Shown here one piece after another: positions 8,024-16,606 of a stretch of DNA of 50,005 nucleotides. Both the position numbers and the translations under genes were made by a program. Source of the DNA: a virus. Lineage: Duplodnaviria; Caudoviricetes. The stretch spans positions 1-50,005 of the IMG/VR virus record IMGVR_UViG_3300031825_000373. One strand, written 5' to 3'. The notes below the pieces were generated by a model. That model saw nothing but the letters and a program-made list of their open reading frames with translations, did no database searches and had not been told where the DNA came from. Position 1 is the first letter of the stretch. Each line of letters begins with the position of its first letter.

Positions 8024-8601
8024 TGGACCTCATTGTGCCCCACGAGTGGTGGGGCGTTCTCTCTACGGTCCAGCGCGCTTCGCGAGGGGCCTTCCTGGCC
8101 GGTGGCGCTCTGCGTGACCTACGGACCCGCCGCCCGGTCAAGGACGTGGACATCTTCGTCGGTCCCGACGTGATGCAGGACCTCCTCGACACGTCTCTGG
8201 GGTTCCGGGGCTACCGCAAGACCACCATCGCCCACGCCGAGTATTTCTCCGACGACGAGAGCCTTCAGCTTGCGACTGTCTACGAGAAGGACGGCGAGCT
8301 TCCGATCAACATCATCCAGCTCTCCCGGCCGATGAGCCTACGTGAGGGGCTGGAGCGCCTGGACTGGGGCTTCTGCCAGATCGGCACCGATGGCGGCGAC
8401 ATCATCGCCACCGAGGCGCACGAGAAGGACATCCGACAGAGCACCATGACGCTTTGCCGGTGCCAGTCATCCGACCAGTATAAGCGGTCCATCGAACGGT
8501 CTGACCGACTGCGTCAGAAGTACGTCAACTGGCGCGTGGTGATCCCTCCGCAGTTCGACGAGTACCGCCGCACGATCTTCGACCCGGCACTCGGGTTCTA
8601 A
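8023..8601 (+). CDS. Nucleotidyltransferase, polyA-polymerase/CCA head-domain-like
   Basis: FLAGGALRDL...KDVDIF signature, LDWGFCQI. Confidence 0.75.
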   Translation: MDLIVPHEWWGVLSTVQRASRGAFLAGGALRDLRTRRPVKDVDIFVGPDVMQDLLDTSLGFRGYRKTTIAHAEYFSDDESLQLATVYEKDGELPINIIQLSRPMSLREGLERLDWGFCQIGTDGGDIIATEAHEKDIRQSTMTLCRCQSSDQYKRSIERSDRLRQKYVNWRVVIPPQFDEYRRTIFDPALGF

Positions 8602-8617
8602 CTCACAAGGACATCAC

Positions 8618-8851
8618 ATGACAGGGAATGACGCTGCTCCGGCAACGGAGCGGGCGCCCTTTGGCGTGCGCGCTGGGGCAAACAAGTTCGGGTTCGTCAA
8701 GTGCCCCTTCTGCGGCCACCGGGGAACCGAGCTGGTCGACGAAGCAACCGGCACGCGGGTCCGCTTCTTCATGTTCAACGACGAGGCGTCGGCGCGGGAG
8801 CACCGGATTTCCGGCCTGTGTCAGCCCTGCCAGGACGGGGGGTTCCACTGA
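8618..8851 (+). CDS. Small putative Zn-ribbon protein
   Basis: CPFC...CQPC; SD AAGGA. Confidence 0.6.
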   Translation: MTGNDAAPATERAPFGVRAGANKFGFVKCPFCGHRGTELVDEATGTRVRFFMFNDEASAREHRISGLCQPCQDGGFH

Positions 8852-9588
8852 TGGGCAACGCTCTGACCACCTTCCAGACGCCCACCTTCGGGCACGACGG
8901 GAACACCCACCACATCCGCGTGGTGGACATCGGGGGAGAGCCTTGGTTCCTGGCGACCGACGTCTGCAAAGCGCTCGGCTTGCCTTTCGGAAACGGTGCC
9001 GGTGGCGTTGGACGCTACCTGTACAATTTGGCGGAAGACGAACGACGGCTCATCGCTAAGTGCGATCTGATCGCCCCTAGCACATTCCCTAACCGGGGAG
9101 TGACGGCCATCTCCGAGTCTGGCCTCTACAAGCTGATCCTCCGCTCGGACAAACCCCAGGCCAAGCCGTTTCAGGACTGGGTCACTCGCGTCGTCCTCCC
9201 CGCCATCCGCAAGGACGGTGGGTACATCCAGGGCGAGGAGAAGGTCGCGAAGGGGGAGATGTCGGAAGACGAGCTGGTCTTCCGCGCGATGGAGGTGATG
9301 AAGCGGAAGATCGACCGTCTCACCGCCGAGAACAAGGTGATGTCGGACGAACTGAACCTCGTCACGGTCGACGAGTGGCGCAGCCTGCATCACATCTATC
9401 TCCTCCACGGCGAGAAGGTGAAGGTTGGGAAGCTGGCCAGCCTTATGGCCACCGGCCTGGGTGTCCGGCTGGAGAAGCAGACGCGCAAGGTGCGTATCGC
9501 CAATGGTGAGACCCGCGAGACCCAGATCAACGTCTACCCCCGCGCCATCCTGGACAAGGCGGGTGAGCAGCTGGGGATCATCTCGTGA
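8851..9588 (+). CDS. BRO-N domain protein (antirepressor-like)
   Basis: IRVVDIGGEPWFLATDVCKALG, ISESGLYKLILRSDKPQAKPFQDWVT.VLPAIRKDGGY. Confidence 0.85.
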   Translation: MGNALTTFQTPTFGHDGNTHHIRVVDIGGEPWFLATDVCKALGLPFGNGAGGVGRYLYNLAEDERRLIAKCDLIAPSTFPNRGVTAISESGLYKLILRSDKPQAKPFQDWVTRVVLPAIRKDGGYIQGEEKVAKGEMSEDELVFRAMEVMKRKIDRLTAENKVMSDELNLVTVDEWRSLHHIYLLHGEKVKVGKLASLMATGLGVRLEKQTRKVRIANGETRETQINVYPRAILDKAGEQLGIIS

Positions 9589-9749
9589 CCCCCCAGGACA
9601 TCGAAGCCCAGGCCAAAGCAGAGCTTGAGGCCGAGGAACACCGCGCCGCCGTGGAAGCGGCGAAGCAGCACATCCGAGAGAAGCGCGCCGCCCAACGCTG
9701 GTGGCACGCCCTGTTCCCCTACACCATTGAAATCAAACGGAGAACGTGA
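9585..9749 (+). CDS. Hypothetical helical protein (54 aa; not in ORF track)
   Basis: GTGA overlap; MTPQDIEAQAKAELEAEEHRAAVEAAKQHIREKRAAQRWWHALFPYTIEIKRRT. Confidence 0.6.
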   Translation: MTPQDIEAQAKAELEAEEHRAAVEAAKQHIREKRAAQRWWHALFPYTIEIKRRT

Positions 9750-9931
9750 TGATCGACATCAAGGACGTCGAGAAGCAGGCGCGCGAAGAGCTGAACAAGG
9801 AGCTGGCCGAGAAGGCCAAGGACAAGCTCAAGTCCAAGCTCAGGCAGATCGCCCAGGCGGAACGCATCCTCCAGAACCATCGCGACGAGTACGCCGCGCT
9901 GCGGCTGGAAGTCGGCGCCGATGTGGGCTGA
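9749..9931 (+). CDS. Hypothetical coiled-coil protein
   Basis: SD GGAG, TGATG coupling, helical K/E-rich sequence. Confidence 0.65.
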   Translation: MIDIKDVEKQAREELNKELAEKAKDKLKSKLRQIAQAERILQNHRDEYAALRLEVGADVG

Positions 9932-10502
9932 CGACCGGGAGCGGTTCCTTTCGCTCCCCGTCACGCTGAACATGGCGGGCTGGACGTCGGACACCTACCG
10001 GCTCCAGCAAGCTGGCTGGTCCCTCACGGCGGATCAGGACATGCGAACCATGACCATGCAGATGGCCATGAAGCACGAGCAGATGGGCCTCTTTGGGGTG
10101 TCTGCCCGTCTCCCGTGGGAGTATCTGCGGGATGACCCTCAGTTCCTCCGTCATGCGGAACTGCCGGTGCGCTGGGTGGGGCGCGACATCATCATCCAGA
10201 TGATGGGTAAGCCCGACTTCAACTTCCAGCCCATCGACGCCGTCCCTCAGCTGCGTGTCAGCCAGCGGAAGCGACTGGAGGACTTCGTCCATTTCGCTCC
10301 GGCTCTCACCAGGACGAACCAGATCATCGTCCCGGAGGAGAGCGTCGAGGAGCTGATGGATCGCATCCTCAAGCTCCAGCAGCCCGACCGCACCGAGCGC
10401 TTCAAGCGCCTCGCCAAGGAGGCCCAGGACGAGGGCCGTCACATCGACATCCAGCCTTCCAAGGCCAAGTTCCAAGCCCAGATCATCTCTCTCGCCGCAT
10501 AG
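9921..10502 (+). CDS. Hypothetical phage protein
   Basis: 193-aa ORF with phage-typical codon usage, coupled to neighbours. Confidence 0.7.
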   Translation: MWADDRERFLSLPVTLNMAGWTSDTYRLQQAGWSLTADQDMRTMTMQMAMKHEQMGLFGVSARLPWEYLRDDPQFLRHAELPVRWVGRDIIIQMMGKPDFNFQPIDAVPQLRVSQRKRLEDFVHFAPALTRTNQIIVPEESVEELMDRILKLQQPDRTERFKRLAKEAQDEGRHIDIQPSKAKFQAQIISLAA

Positions 10503-10510
10503 GACAACCC

Positions 10511-10690
10511 ATGGACGAAAAGACCCTGTTCGAGCAGACCGCCGCGCGTGTCCTCGACCTGACCAAGCACAACGACGGCAGCTACGTGTCTGCCTCCACG
10601 ACCCAGGCGTATTACGGCTGGTGCCTCCGGGCCTCCATCATCTCCAACGCCAAGATCAAGACCACTCGCGTCAAGAAGACCGCTGAGTGA
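10511..10690 (+). CDS. Hypothetical protein (59 aa; not in ORF track)
   Basis: SD AGGA then ATG; MDEKTLFEQTAARVLDL...KKTAE. Confidence 0.55.
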   Translation: MDEKTLFEQTAARVLDLTKHNDGSYVSASTTQAYYGWCLRASIISNAKIKTTRVKKTAE

Positions 10691-10719
10691 AACCGCGCGC
10701 AATCTGAAGGAAAGTTGAG

Positions 10720-11091
10720 ATGAGCAAGTTCAAGAAGGGTGACGTGGTGGTCGCTATCGAGGGATACCCCGGTGCATTCACCAAGGGAAAGCAGTACACG
10801 GTATCTCACGAGGATCAAATGGGTGTACACGTCGTGAAGAGCGACAGTGGAAGACCAGACTGGTACTTCCCTAATTGCTTCGACAGGAAGCCGACCGTCC
10901 CCCACCTCGTGATCGCCAAGACCGACACCGGCTACGCCCCCAACGAGAACCCCAAGGTCCACCAGGGCTTCGACGCAGCTGCTGCTGAGGCCAAGCGCCT
11001 TGCCAACACCATCGGTGGCGAGTTCGTGGTCTTCGCTCCGGTCGCCAAGGCCGTGGCCCCCAAGGTGGAAGTCGAGTTCACCAAGCTCTGA
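10720..11091 (+). CDS. Hypothetical phage protein
   Basis: SD GAAGGA; MSKFKKGDVVV start typical of small beta-rich phage domains. Confidence 0.65.
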   Translation: MSKFKKGDVVVAIEGYPGAFTKGKQYTVSHEDQMGVHVVKSDSGRPDWYFPNCFDRKPTVPHLVIAKTDTGYAPNENPKVHQGFDAAAAEAKRLANTIGGEFVVFAPVAKAVAPKVEVEFTKL

Positions 11092-11092
11092 C

Positions 11093-12718
11093 TTGAGCGA
11101 GTGGGTCGAGACACACATCCCGTGTCCGTGCGGTGAGTCCTCAGACGCCTACAGCGTCGCCGAGGATGGTCACGGACACTGCTTCTCCTGCGGGAAGACC
11201 TTTCAGCCTGAAGGGTCTCCCGCCCCCTCCACCAAGAAGAAAGGACAGCGTCCGCTGATCCCGTTTGGCCAGTACAAGGCCCTGCAAGCGCGTGAGATCA
11301 GCGAGGAGACCTGTAAGAGATACGGCTACTTCATCGGCAAGGACGACACCGGAAAGTCCGTCCAGGTGGCTCCCTATCGCAAGCGGGGGAGTGGTCAGGT
11401 CGTAGCGCAGAAGGTGCGCGGGCCAAACAAGACTTTCTACACCACGGGCGACTTCTCCGACGTCGAGCTGTGGGGCTCCCGTCTCTGCCGCAAGGGTGGT
11501 AAGCGCATCCTCATCGTCGAGGGTGAGATCGACGCCATGGCCGCGAGCGAAATGCTCGGGACGTGGCCCGTGGTCTCCATCCCCAACGGCGCCCAGGGTG
11601 CAGCCAAGTCCCTCGCCGCGAACATTGAGTTCCTGGAGAGCTACGAGACGGTCGTCCTGTGCTTCGACATGGATGACCCAGGCCGCAAGGCCGTCCAGGA
11701 GTGCATCCCGCTTCTGCCGCCCGGCAAGGTGGCGGTCATGGAAATCCCCTTCAAGGACCCCGACGAGATGCGCCGGGCAGGGGAGGTCAAGGCGTTCGTG
11801 ACGGCCTTCTGGGAGGCACGCGAGCAGCGTCCTGACGGCATCGTCCGCATGTCGGAGATCAAGGAAACCATCCTGAAGCCGATTGAGATCGGCCTTCCGT
11901 GGTTCTCCGAGACCCTGACGTCGCTGACCTATGGCCGTCGCCTGGGCGAGACCTACGCCTTCGGCGCGGGCACCGGCATCGGCAAGACGGACCTTCTCAC
12001 CCAGCAAATCCAGTACGACGTGGATGTCCTGAAGGAGAAGGTGGGCCTGTTCTTCCTGGAGCAGCAGCCCGAGGAGACCGCCAAGCGTGTCGCCGGGAAG
12101 TTCGCCGGGAAGCGGTTCCATGTGCCTGACGGTAGCTGGACCGAGAAGGAGCTGACCGACGTCATCGACCGGCTCGACCGGGACGACCGTATCTTCTTCT
12201 ACCGCAACTTCGGCGCCACGGACTGGAACGTCATCAAGGGCGTGATGACCTACCTGAACCAAGCGCAGGGCATCCGCATCTTCTATCTCGACCACCTCAC
12301 GGCGCTCGCCGCCGCCGAGGAAGACGAGAAGAAGGGACTGGAGCGGATCACCGCCGACATGGCGATGCTGGCCCAGCGACTGGGGATCATCATCCACTTC
12401 GTGTCGCACCTCGCGACGCCGGAGGGGAAACCCCACGAAGAAGGTGGTCGGGTCATGATCCGGCACTTCAAGGGCTCTCGTGCCATTGGCTTCTGGGCGC
12501 ACTTCATGTTCGGCCTGGAGCGTGACCAGCAGCACCCGATGGAAGCCTTCCGGTCCATCACCACGTTCCGATGCCTGAAGGATCGGTTCACCGGCCGGGC
12601 AACCGGCAAGGTGATCTACCTGGGCTACGACGATGCGGCCGGTCGTCTGTTCGAGACCGAGGCGCCTACCGAGGATGATCCGATGGATCACCTCCAAGAG
12701 GAGGACGGGGACTACTGA
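11093..12718 (+). CDS. DNA primase-helicase, T7 gp4-like
   Basis: Zn finger CPCG...HCFSC, TOPRIM IVEGEIDA and CFDMDDPG, Walker A GAGTGIGKT, YLDHL, VSHL, CLKDRFTG, acidic tail. TTG start at 11093 is inferred. Confidence 0.95.
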   Translation: MSEWVETHIPCPCGESSDAYSVAEDGHGHCFSCGKTFQPEGSPAPSTKKKGQRPLIPFGQYKALQAREISEETCKRYGYFIGKDDTGKSVQVAPYRKRGSGQVVAQKVRGPNKTFYTTGDFSDVELWGSRLCRKGGKRILIVEGEIDAMAASEMLGTWPVVSIPNGAQGAAKSLAANIEFLESYETVVLCFDMDDPGRKAVQECIPLLPPGKVAVMEIPFKDPDEMRRAGEVKAFVTAFWEAREQRPDGIVRMSEIKETILKPIEIGLPWFSETLTSLTYGRRLGETYAFGAGTGIGKTDLLTQQIQYDVDVLKEKVGLFFLEQQPEETAKRVAGKFAGKRFHVPDGSWTEKELTDVIDRLDRDDRIFFYRNFGATDWNVIKGVMTYLNQAQGIRIFYLDHLTALAAAEEDEKKGLERITADMAMLAQRLGIIIHFVSHLATPEGKPHEEGGRVMIRHFKGSRAIGFWAHFMFGLERDQQHPMEAFRSITTFRCLKDRFTGRATGKVIYLGYDDAAGRLFETEAPTEDDPMDHLQEEDGDY

Positions 12719-12724
12719 TCCCCG

Positions 12725-12747
12725 TTTTCTGCCTCCTACTGCCTAAC
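12725..12747 (+). promoter_or_regulatory. Motif B copy (putative phage promoter) upstream of DNA polymerase
   Basis: TTTTCTGCCTCCTACTGCCTAAC in the short intergenic gap. Confidence 0.7.
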
Positions 12748-12759
12748 CCCAAGAGGTGA

Positions 12760-14520
12760 ATGTCAGACGTTCTCATCGCTGACAGCGAGACGAACGGCTT
12801 CCTCGATACCATGACGAAGATTTGGACTATCCAGATCGGTGAAGTGGATAGTGATGAAGTCGTCGTCTACGCTGACCAGCCAGGATTTCCGCCTCTTCGG
12901 GAGGCGGTGAAGCGACTGAAGAAGGCCAAGACGGTCGTCTTCCACAACGGCATGAAGTTCGACATCCATGCCATCAACAAAATCTTCCCCGGCACACTGA
13001 AGCCCGAACAGGTCTACGACACCCTGGTGGTGTCCCGACTGCTCGACCCGCAGAACCGGAAGCACAGCCTGAAGGAACTGGGCCTGAAGCTCGGCGTCTT
13101 CAAGGGCGACTATGAGGGTGGCTTCGACAAGTTCAGCGACGAGATGGTGGTCTACGGCCGTCAGGACATCGTCGTCGGCAAGGCCATCTACCTCGACCAG
13201 CAGAAGCGCATGGCCGGGTGGGACTGGAGCTTCGCCGTCTGGCTGGAGAACCTGTTCGCCTATGCCATCTCCCTCCAGGAGCAGAACGGCTTCCTCCTCG
13301 ACACCAAGGCGGCTGTCGCACTGGCGGCCGAGCTGCGTCAGGAGAAGCACGACATTGAGCGCGAGCTTCAGGACATCTTCCCGCCCATCGTCCACGAGCG
13401 GATCAGCGAGAAGACCGGCAAGCGCCTCAAGGACAAGGTCGAGGTCTTCAACCCCGGCTCCGGCAAGCAGATCGCCGAGCGGCTGAAAGCCAAGTATGGC
13501 TGGAAGCCCAAGAAGTTCACCCCCTCGGGCGCCCCTGCGACCGACGAGAAGGTCCTGTCGGCTCTCCCCTACGTGGAGGCCAAGGCTCTGCTCCGGTATC
13601 TCCGGGTGCAGAAGCAGCTGGGCCAGATCGAGGACGGTGACAACGGCTGGTTGAAGCTGGTCACGGCTGCGAACCGTGTCCACGGCGCGGTGAACACCAT
13701 CGGTGCCTCGACGGGCCGGTGCTCCCACTTCAAGCCCAACATGGCCCAGGTCGACAAGAAGGACCTGCGGATGCGCGCCGTCTGGTGCGCTCGGGACGGC
13801 TGGAAGCTCGTGGGCTGCGATGCCGAGGGCTTGGAGTTCCGAATGCTGGGGCACTACATCGCCCCGAAGGACGGCGGTCAGACCATCGACCGCGTGCTGA
13901 ACGGCAAGAAGGAAGACAAGACCGACATCCACTCGGTCAACCAGAAGGCCGCCGAGCTGTTCCTGCGGGACAGCGCCAAGACCGCCATCTACGCCATGAT
14001 CTACGGCGCCAGTGATCCGAAGCTCGGGTCCACGGTGTTCGACGATGCACGCGAGGCGGGCAAGGAGCGGCCGAAGGGAACCGCCAAGGTCCACGGTGAG
14101 CGCCTGCGCAAGGCTCTCGGCCAGGGTATCCCCGGCCTGGACAAGCTGATCGAGGACGTCTCCCGCAAGGCCAAGAAGCAAGGCTGGCTGAAGGGCATCG
14201 ACGGCCGGAAGATTTACATCAAGTCCCCCCACAGCGCCTTCAACTACCTGCTTCAGGGTGGTGGTGCCGTGGTCATGAAGCTGGCCCTGGTGATCTTCCA
14301 CTTCGAGCGCCTGCCTACCCTCGACTGGGAACACGGTGTCGACTTCGCCTACTGCGCGAACGTCCACGACGAGGTTCAGTCCGAGGTCCGTCCTGAAATC
14401 GCTGAGGCGTTCGGCTCCACCATGGCGGACTGCATCCGCGAGGCTGGTGAGCGCCTGGGCATCCGTTGCCCGCTGGCTGGGTCCTTCGACATCGGCCTCA
14501 ACTGGAAGGATACGCATTGA
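12760..14520 (+). CDS. DNA polymerase, family A (T7 gp5-like)
   Basis: 3'-5' exonuclease motifs IADSET, HNGMKFD, YGRQD; polymerase motifs DAEGLE, RDSAKTAIYAMIYG, VHDE. Confidence 0.95.
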   Translation: MSDVLIADSETNGFLDTMTKIWTIQIGEVDSDEVVVYADQPGFPPLREAVKRLKKAKTVVFHNGMKFDIHAINKIFPGTLKPEQVYDTLVVSRLLDPQNRKHSLKELGLKLGVFKGDYEGGFDKFSDEMVVYGRQDIVVGKAIYLDQQKRMAGWDWSFAVWLENLFAYAISLQEQNGFLLDTKAAVALAAELRQEKHDIERELQDIFPPIVHERISEKTGKRLKDKVEVFNPGSGKQIAERLKAKYGWKPKKFTPSGAPATDEKVLSALPYVEAKALLRYLRVQKQLGQIEDGDNGWLKLVTAANRVHGAVNTIGASTGRCSHFKPNMAQVDKKDLRMRAVWCARDGWKLVGCDAEGLEFRMLGHYIAPKDGGQTIDRVLNGKKEDKTDIHSVNQKAAELFLRDSAKTAIYAMIYGASDPKLGSTVFDDAREAGKERPKGTAKVHGERLRKALGQGIPGLDKLIEDVSRKAKKQGWLKGIDGRKIYIKSPHSAFNYLLQGGGAVVMKLALVIFHFERLPTLDWEHGVDFAYCANVHDEVQSEVRPEIAEAFGSTMADCIREAGERLGIRCPLAGSFDIGLNWKDTH

Positions 14521-14744
14521 CACCTGATGGTTATGCCATCTGGGATACCCAGAAGTTTGTGTGGTTTGAGACCCCAAATGGGAAGAAATTCTGGAGCACT
14601 CGTGCTGCTGCGGCAAATGCTTGGAACCTTCACTATCGTCTCAACATCACCCCGAGGTTTGTGAAGCAGTCTCGCTTCATCACGGTGCCCGTTTACTTCA
14701 AGGCTCCTGAGCCCAAGCCGGACGCTGATGATCGCTCTTATTGA
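14517..14744 (+). CDS. Hypothetical protein
   Basis: TTGA overlap with the polymerase stop, SD GAAGGA; AT-richer sequence. Confidence 0.5.
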   Translation: MTPDGYAIWDTQKFVWFETPNGKKFWSTRAAAANAWNLHYRLNITPRFVKQSRFITVPVYFKAPEPKPDADDRSY

Positions 14745-15570
14745 TGGCGACCTCGCCATCTACATGGCGTCCGCCGCTGCCCAGACCACGATTGATCTGG
14801 GTGACGGTCTGGGCGATGAGCCCATCGTCGACACCGAGAAGGCTGTATCCACTGGCCTCCGCATGATCGACGAGTGGCGGCAGAAGGCCGGTGCCGACCG
14901 TGCCATCGTCTGCCTGTCGACCGGGGACAACTTCCGCAAGAAGATACTCCCCACCTACAAGTCCAACCGCAAGGCTCCCAAGCCGCTCGCCTATCAGGAT
15001 GTCCTGGAGGCGGTCGAGCTGGAATACGAGACGTGGTCCGAGCCGGGCCTGGAGGCGGACGACGTCATGGGCATCGCTGCCACCAGCGACCGTGGCGACT
15101 TCGTCGTGGTGTCCCGCGACAAGGACATGAAGACCCTCCCGGCCAAGGTGTTCAACCCCGACCACGACACCAAGCCCGTCCGCATCCGCCTCGGCGTGGC
15201 CGACCAGATGTGGATGAAGCAGACCATCTGCGGTGATCCCGTCGACGGCTATGCGGGCATTCCCGGTGTCGGTGATGTCGGCGCCCAGTCCATCCTCCTT
15301 GGTCCCCATCGGCTCCTGAAGAAGGCCACGCCGATCACGCGGGGCAAGAACAAGGGCAACATGAAGGTGTCCTGGGAGAAGGGCGGTCCCTGCGACCTCT
15401 GGACCTGCATGGTCGACTACGCGGCCAAGGCCGGAATGACCGAGCAAGAGCTGGTCACGATGGCTCGGGTGAGCCGCATCCTCAGGGCAGGGGACTTCGA
15501 CAAGGATCGTCGAGTGGTCCGGCTCTGGAAACCCAATGGATATGAGGAGTTGAAGCTTGGGAGTTTGTGA
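14728..15570 (+). CDS. 5'-3' exonuclease, T7 gp6-like
   Basis: LIDGD, NFRKKILPTYKSNR, LEADDVMGI, SRDKDM, GDPVDGYAGIPGVG. Confidence 0.9.
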   Translation: MIALIDGDLAIYMASAAAQTTIDLGDGLGDEPIVDTEKAVSTGLRMIDEWRQKAGADRAIVCLSTGDNFRKKILPTYKSNRKAPKPLAYQDVLEAVELEYETWSEPGLEADDVMGIAATSDRGDFVVVSRDKDMKTLPAKVFNPDHDTKPVRIRLGVADQMWMKQTICGDPVDGYAGIPGVGDVGAQSILLGPHRLLKKATPITRGKNKGNMKVSWEKGGPCDLWTCMVDYAAKAGMTEQELVTMARVSRILRAGDFDKDRRVVRLWKPNGYEELKLGSL

Positions 15571-15892
15571 CGGGTGTGCTCATGACTCGAAGAGGGCCGA
15601 TGCACATCCATGTCAAGAATGCACTCTGGGCAAGAACGGTGTCCCCACGATGTGGGAACGTGAAGGGCCGAAGGCTCTCGACGTCCAGGAAGGCGGGTCC
15701 CACTACAAGGACATGCCGATCCAGCCTATCGAATACATCCTTGCCAACAACATCCCGTTCACCGAAGGCAACGTCATCAAGTACGTCTCCCGGTGGCGGA
15801 AGAAGAATGGCGTGGCTGACCTGAAGAAAGCCCGGCACATGCTTGATGTGCTCATCGAACATGAGGAGGAGCCCCAGCGTGCGGCTGGCTGA
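15557..15892 (+). CDS. DUF3310 protein (T7 gp1.7 nucleotide kinase-like)
   Basis: GGSHY...QPIEYI...GNVIKYVSRW.KKNGVADLKKARH; Cys-rich N-terminus. Confidence 0.8.
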   Translation: MGVCDGCAHDSKRADAHPCQECTLGKNGVPTMWEREGPKALDVQEGGSHYKDMPIQPIEYILANNIPFTEGNVIKYVSRWRKKNGVADLKKARHMLDVLIEHEEEPQRAAG

Positions 15893-16208
15893 GTATCAGG
15901 AACAGACCGAGAAGTACGCCGTCTATCCCGAAAACATGGCGTTTCAGTACCTCGTCACCGGCCTCGTGGCCGAGGTGGGCGAGCTAGCCGGTCATCTCGC
16001 CAAGCGTTATCGCGGCGATGAGAACTATCGGGACCTGAAGAAGACCCACGACCTCCTCGTCAAGGAGCTGGGCGACATCCTCTGGTTCGTTGCGCGTCTG
16101 TCGGATGGCCTCGGCTATCGCCTCGACGACGTCGCCATCCTGAACCTGGAGAAGCTTAAGAGCCGCGCCGAGCGTGGCGTCCTCAAGGGAAGCGGGGACA
16201 ATCGCTGA
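15879..16208 (+). CDS. MazG-like NTP pyrophosphohydrolase
   Basis: GLVAEVGEL...KELGDILWF...NLEKLKSRAERGVLKGSGDNR; GTG start after GAGGAG. Confidence 0.85.
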   Translation: MRLAEYQEQTEKYAVYPENMAFQYLVTGLVAEVGELAGHLAKRYRGDENYRDLKKTHDLLVKELGDILWFVARLSDGLGYRLDDVAILNLEKLKSRAERGVLKGSGDNR

Positions 16209-16606
16209 TCCGTCTTGATACAGACCTCGCGTATATCGCGGGGTTCATTGACGGTGAGGGGTGTATTTCTATTGGGTCAAATGGCTCAATATCAATATCG
16301 ATCATCAATACATCTCTGAAAACACTCGAATATATCAGGGATGCGTTTGGGTTCGGATCGGTTTCCGAGAGGAAACAGAAGGTCAATAAGACCCAATACT
16401 GCTATCGAGCCTATGGGAATAACGCTGTGATTATTCTCAAGTCTATCCTTCCCTTCTTGATCGACAAGAGGGCTCAGGCGGAAACCGCCATTGAGTTCTC
16501 TGAGGTTCGTGGACCAACCTTCATCCCTGGTGTCAGAGGCCGCCGCGCGGACCCAAACCGGGAGGCGTACATTAAGAAAATCAAGGAGTTGAAACGTGCG
16601 GCCTGA
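16205..16606 (+). CDS. Free-standing LAGLIDADG homing endonuclease (133 aa, CTG start inferred; absent from ORF track)
   Basis: Manual translation LIRLDTDLAYIAGFIDGEGCISI...ILPFLIDKRAQAETAIEF; AT-rich; in-frame stop at 16157 and no ATG/GTG/TTG before the motif. Confidence 0.8.
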   Translation: MIRLDTDLAYIAGFIDGEGCISIGSNGSISISIINTSLKTLEYIRDAFGFGSVSERKQKVNKTQYCYRAYGNNAVIILKSILPFLIDKRAQAETAIEFSEVRGPTFIPGVRGRRADPNREAYIKKIKELKRAA

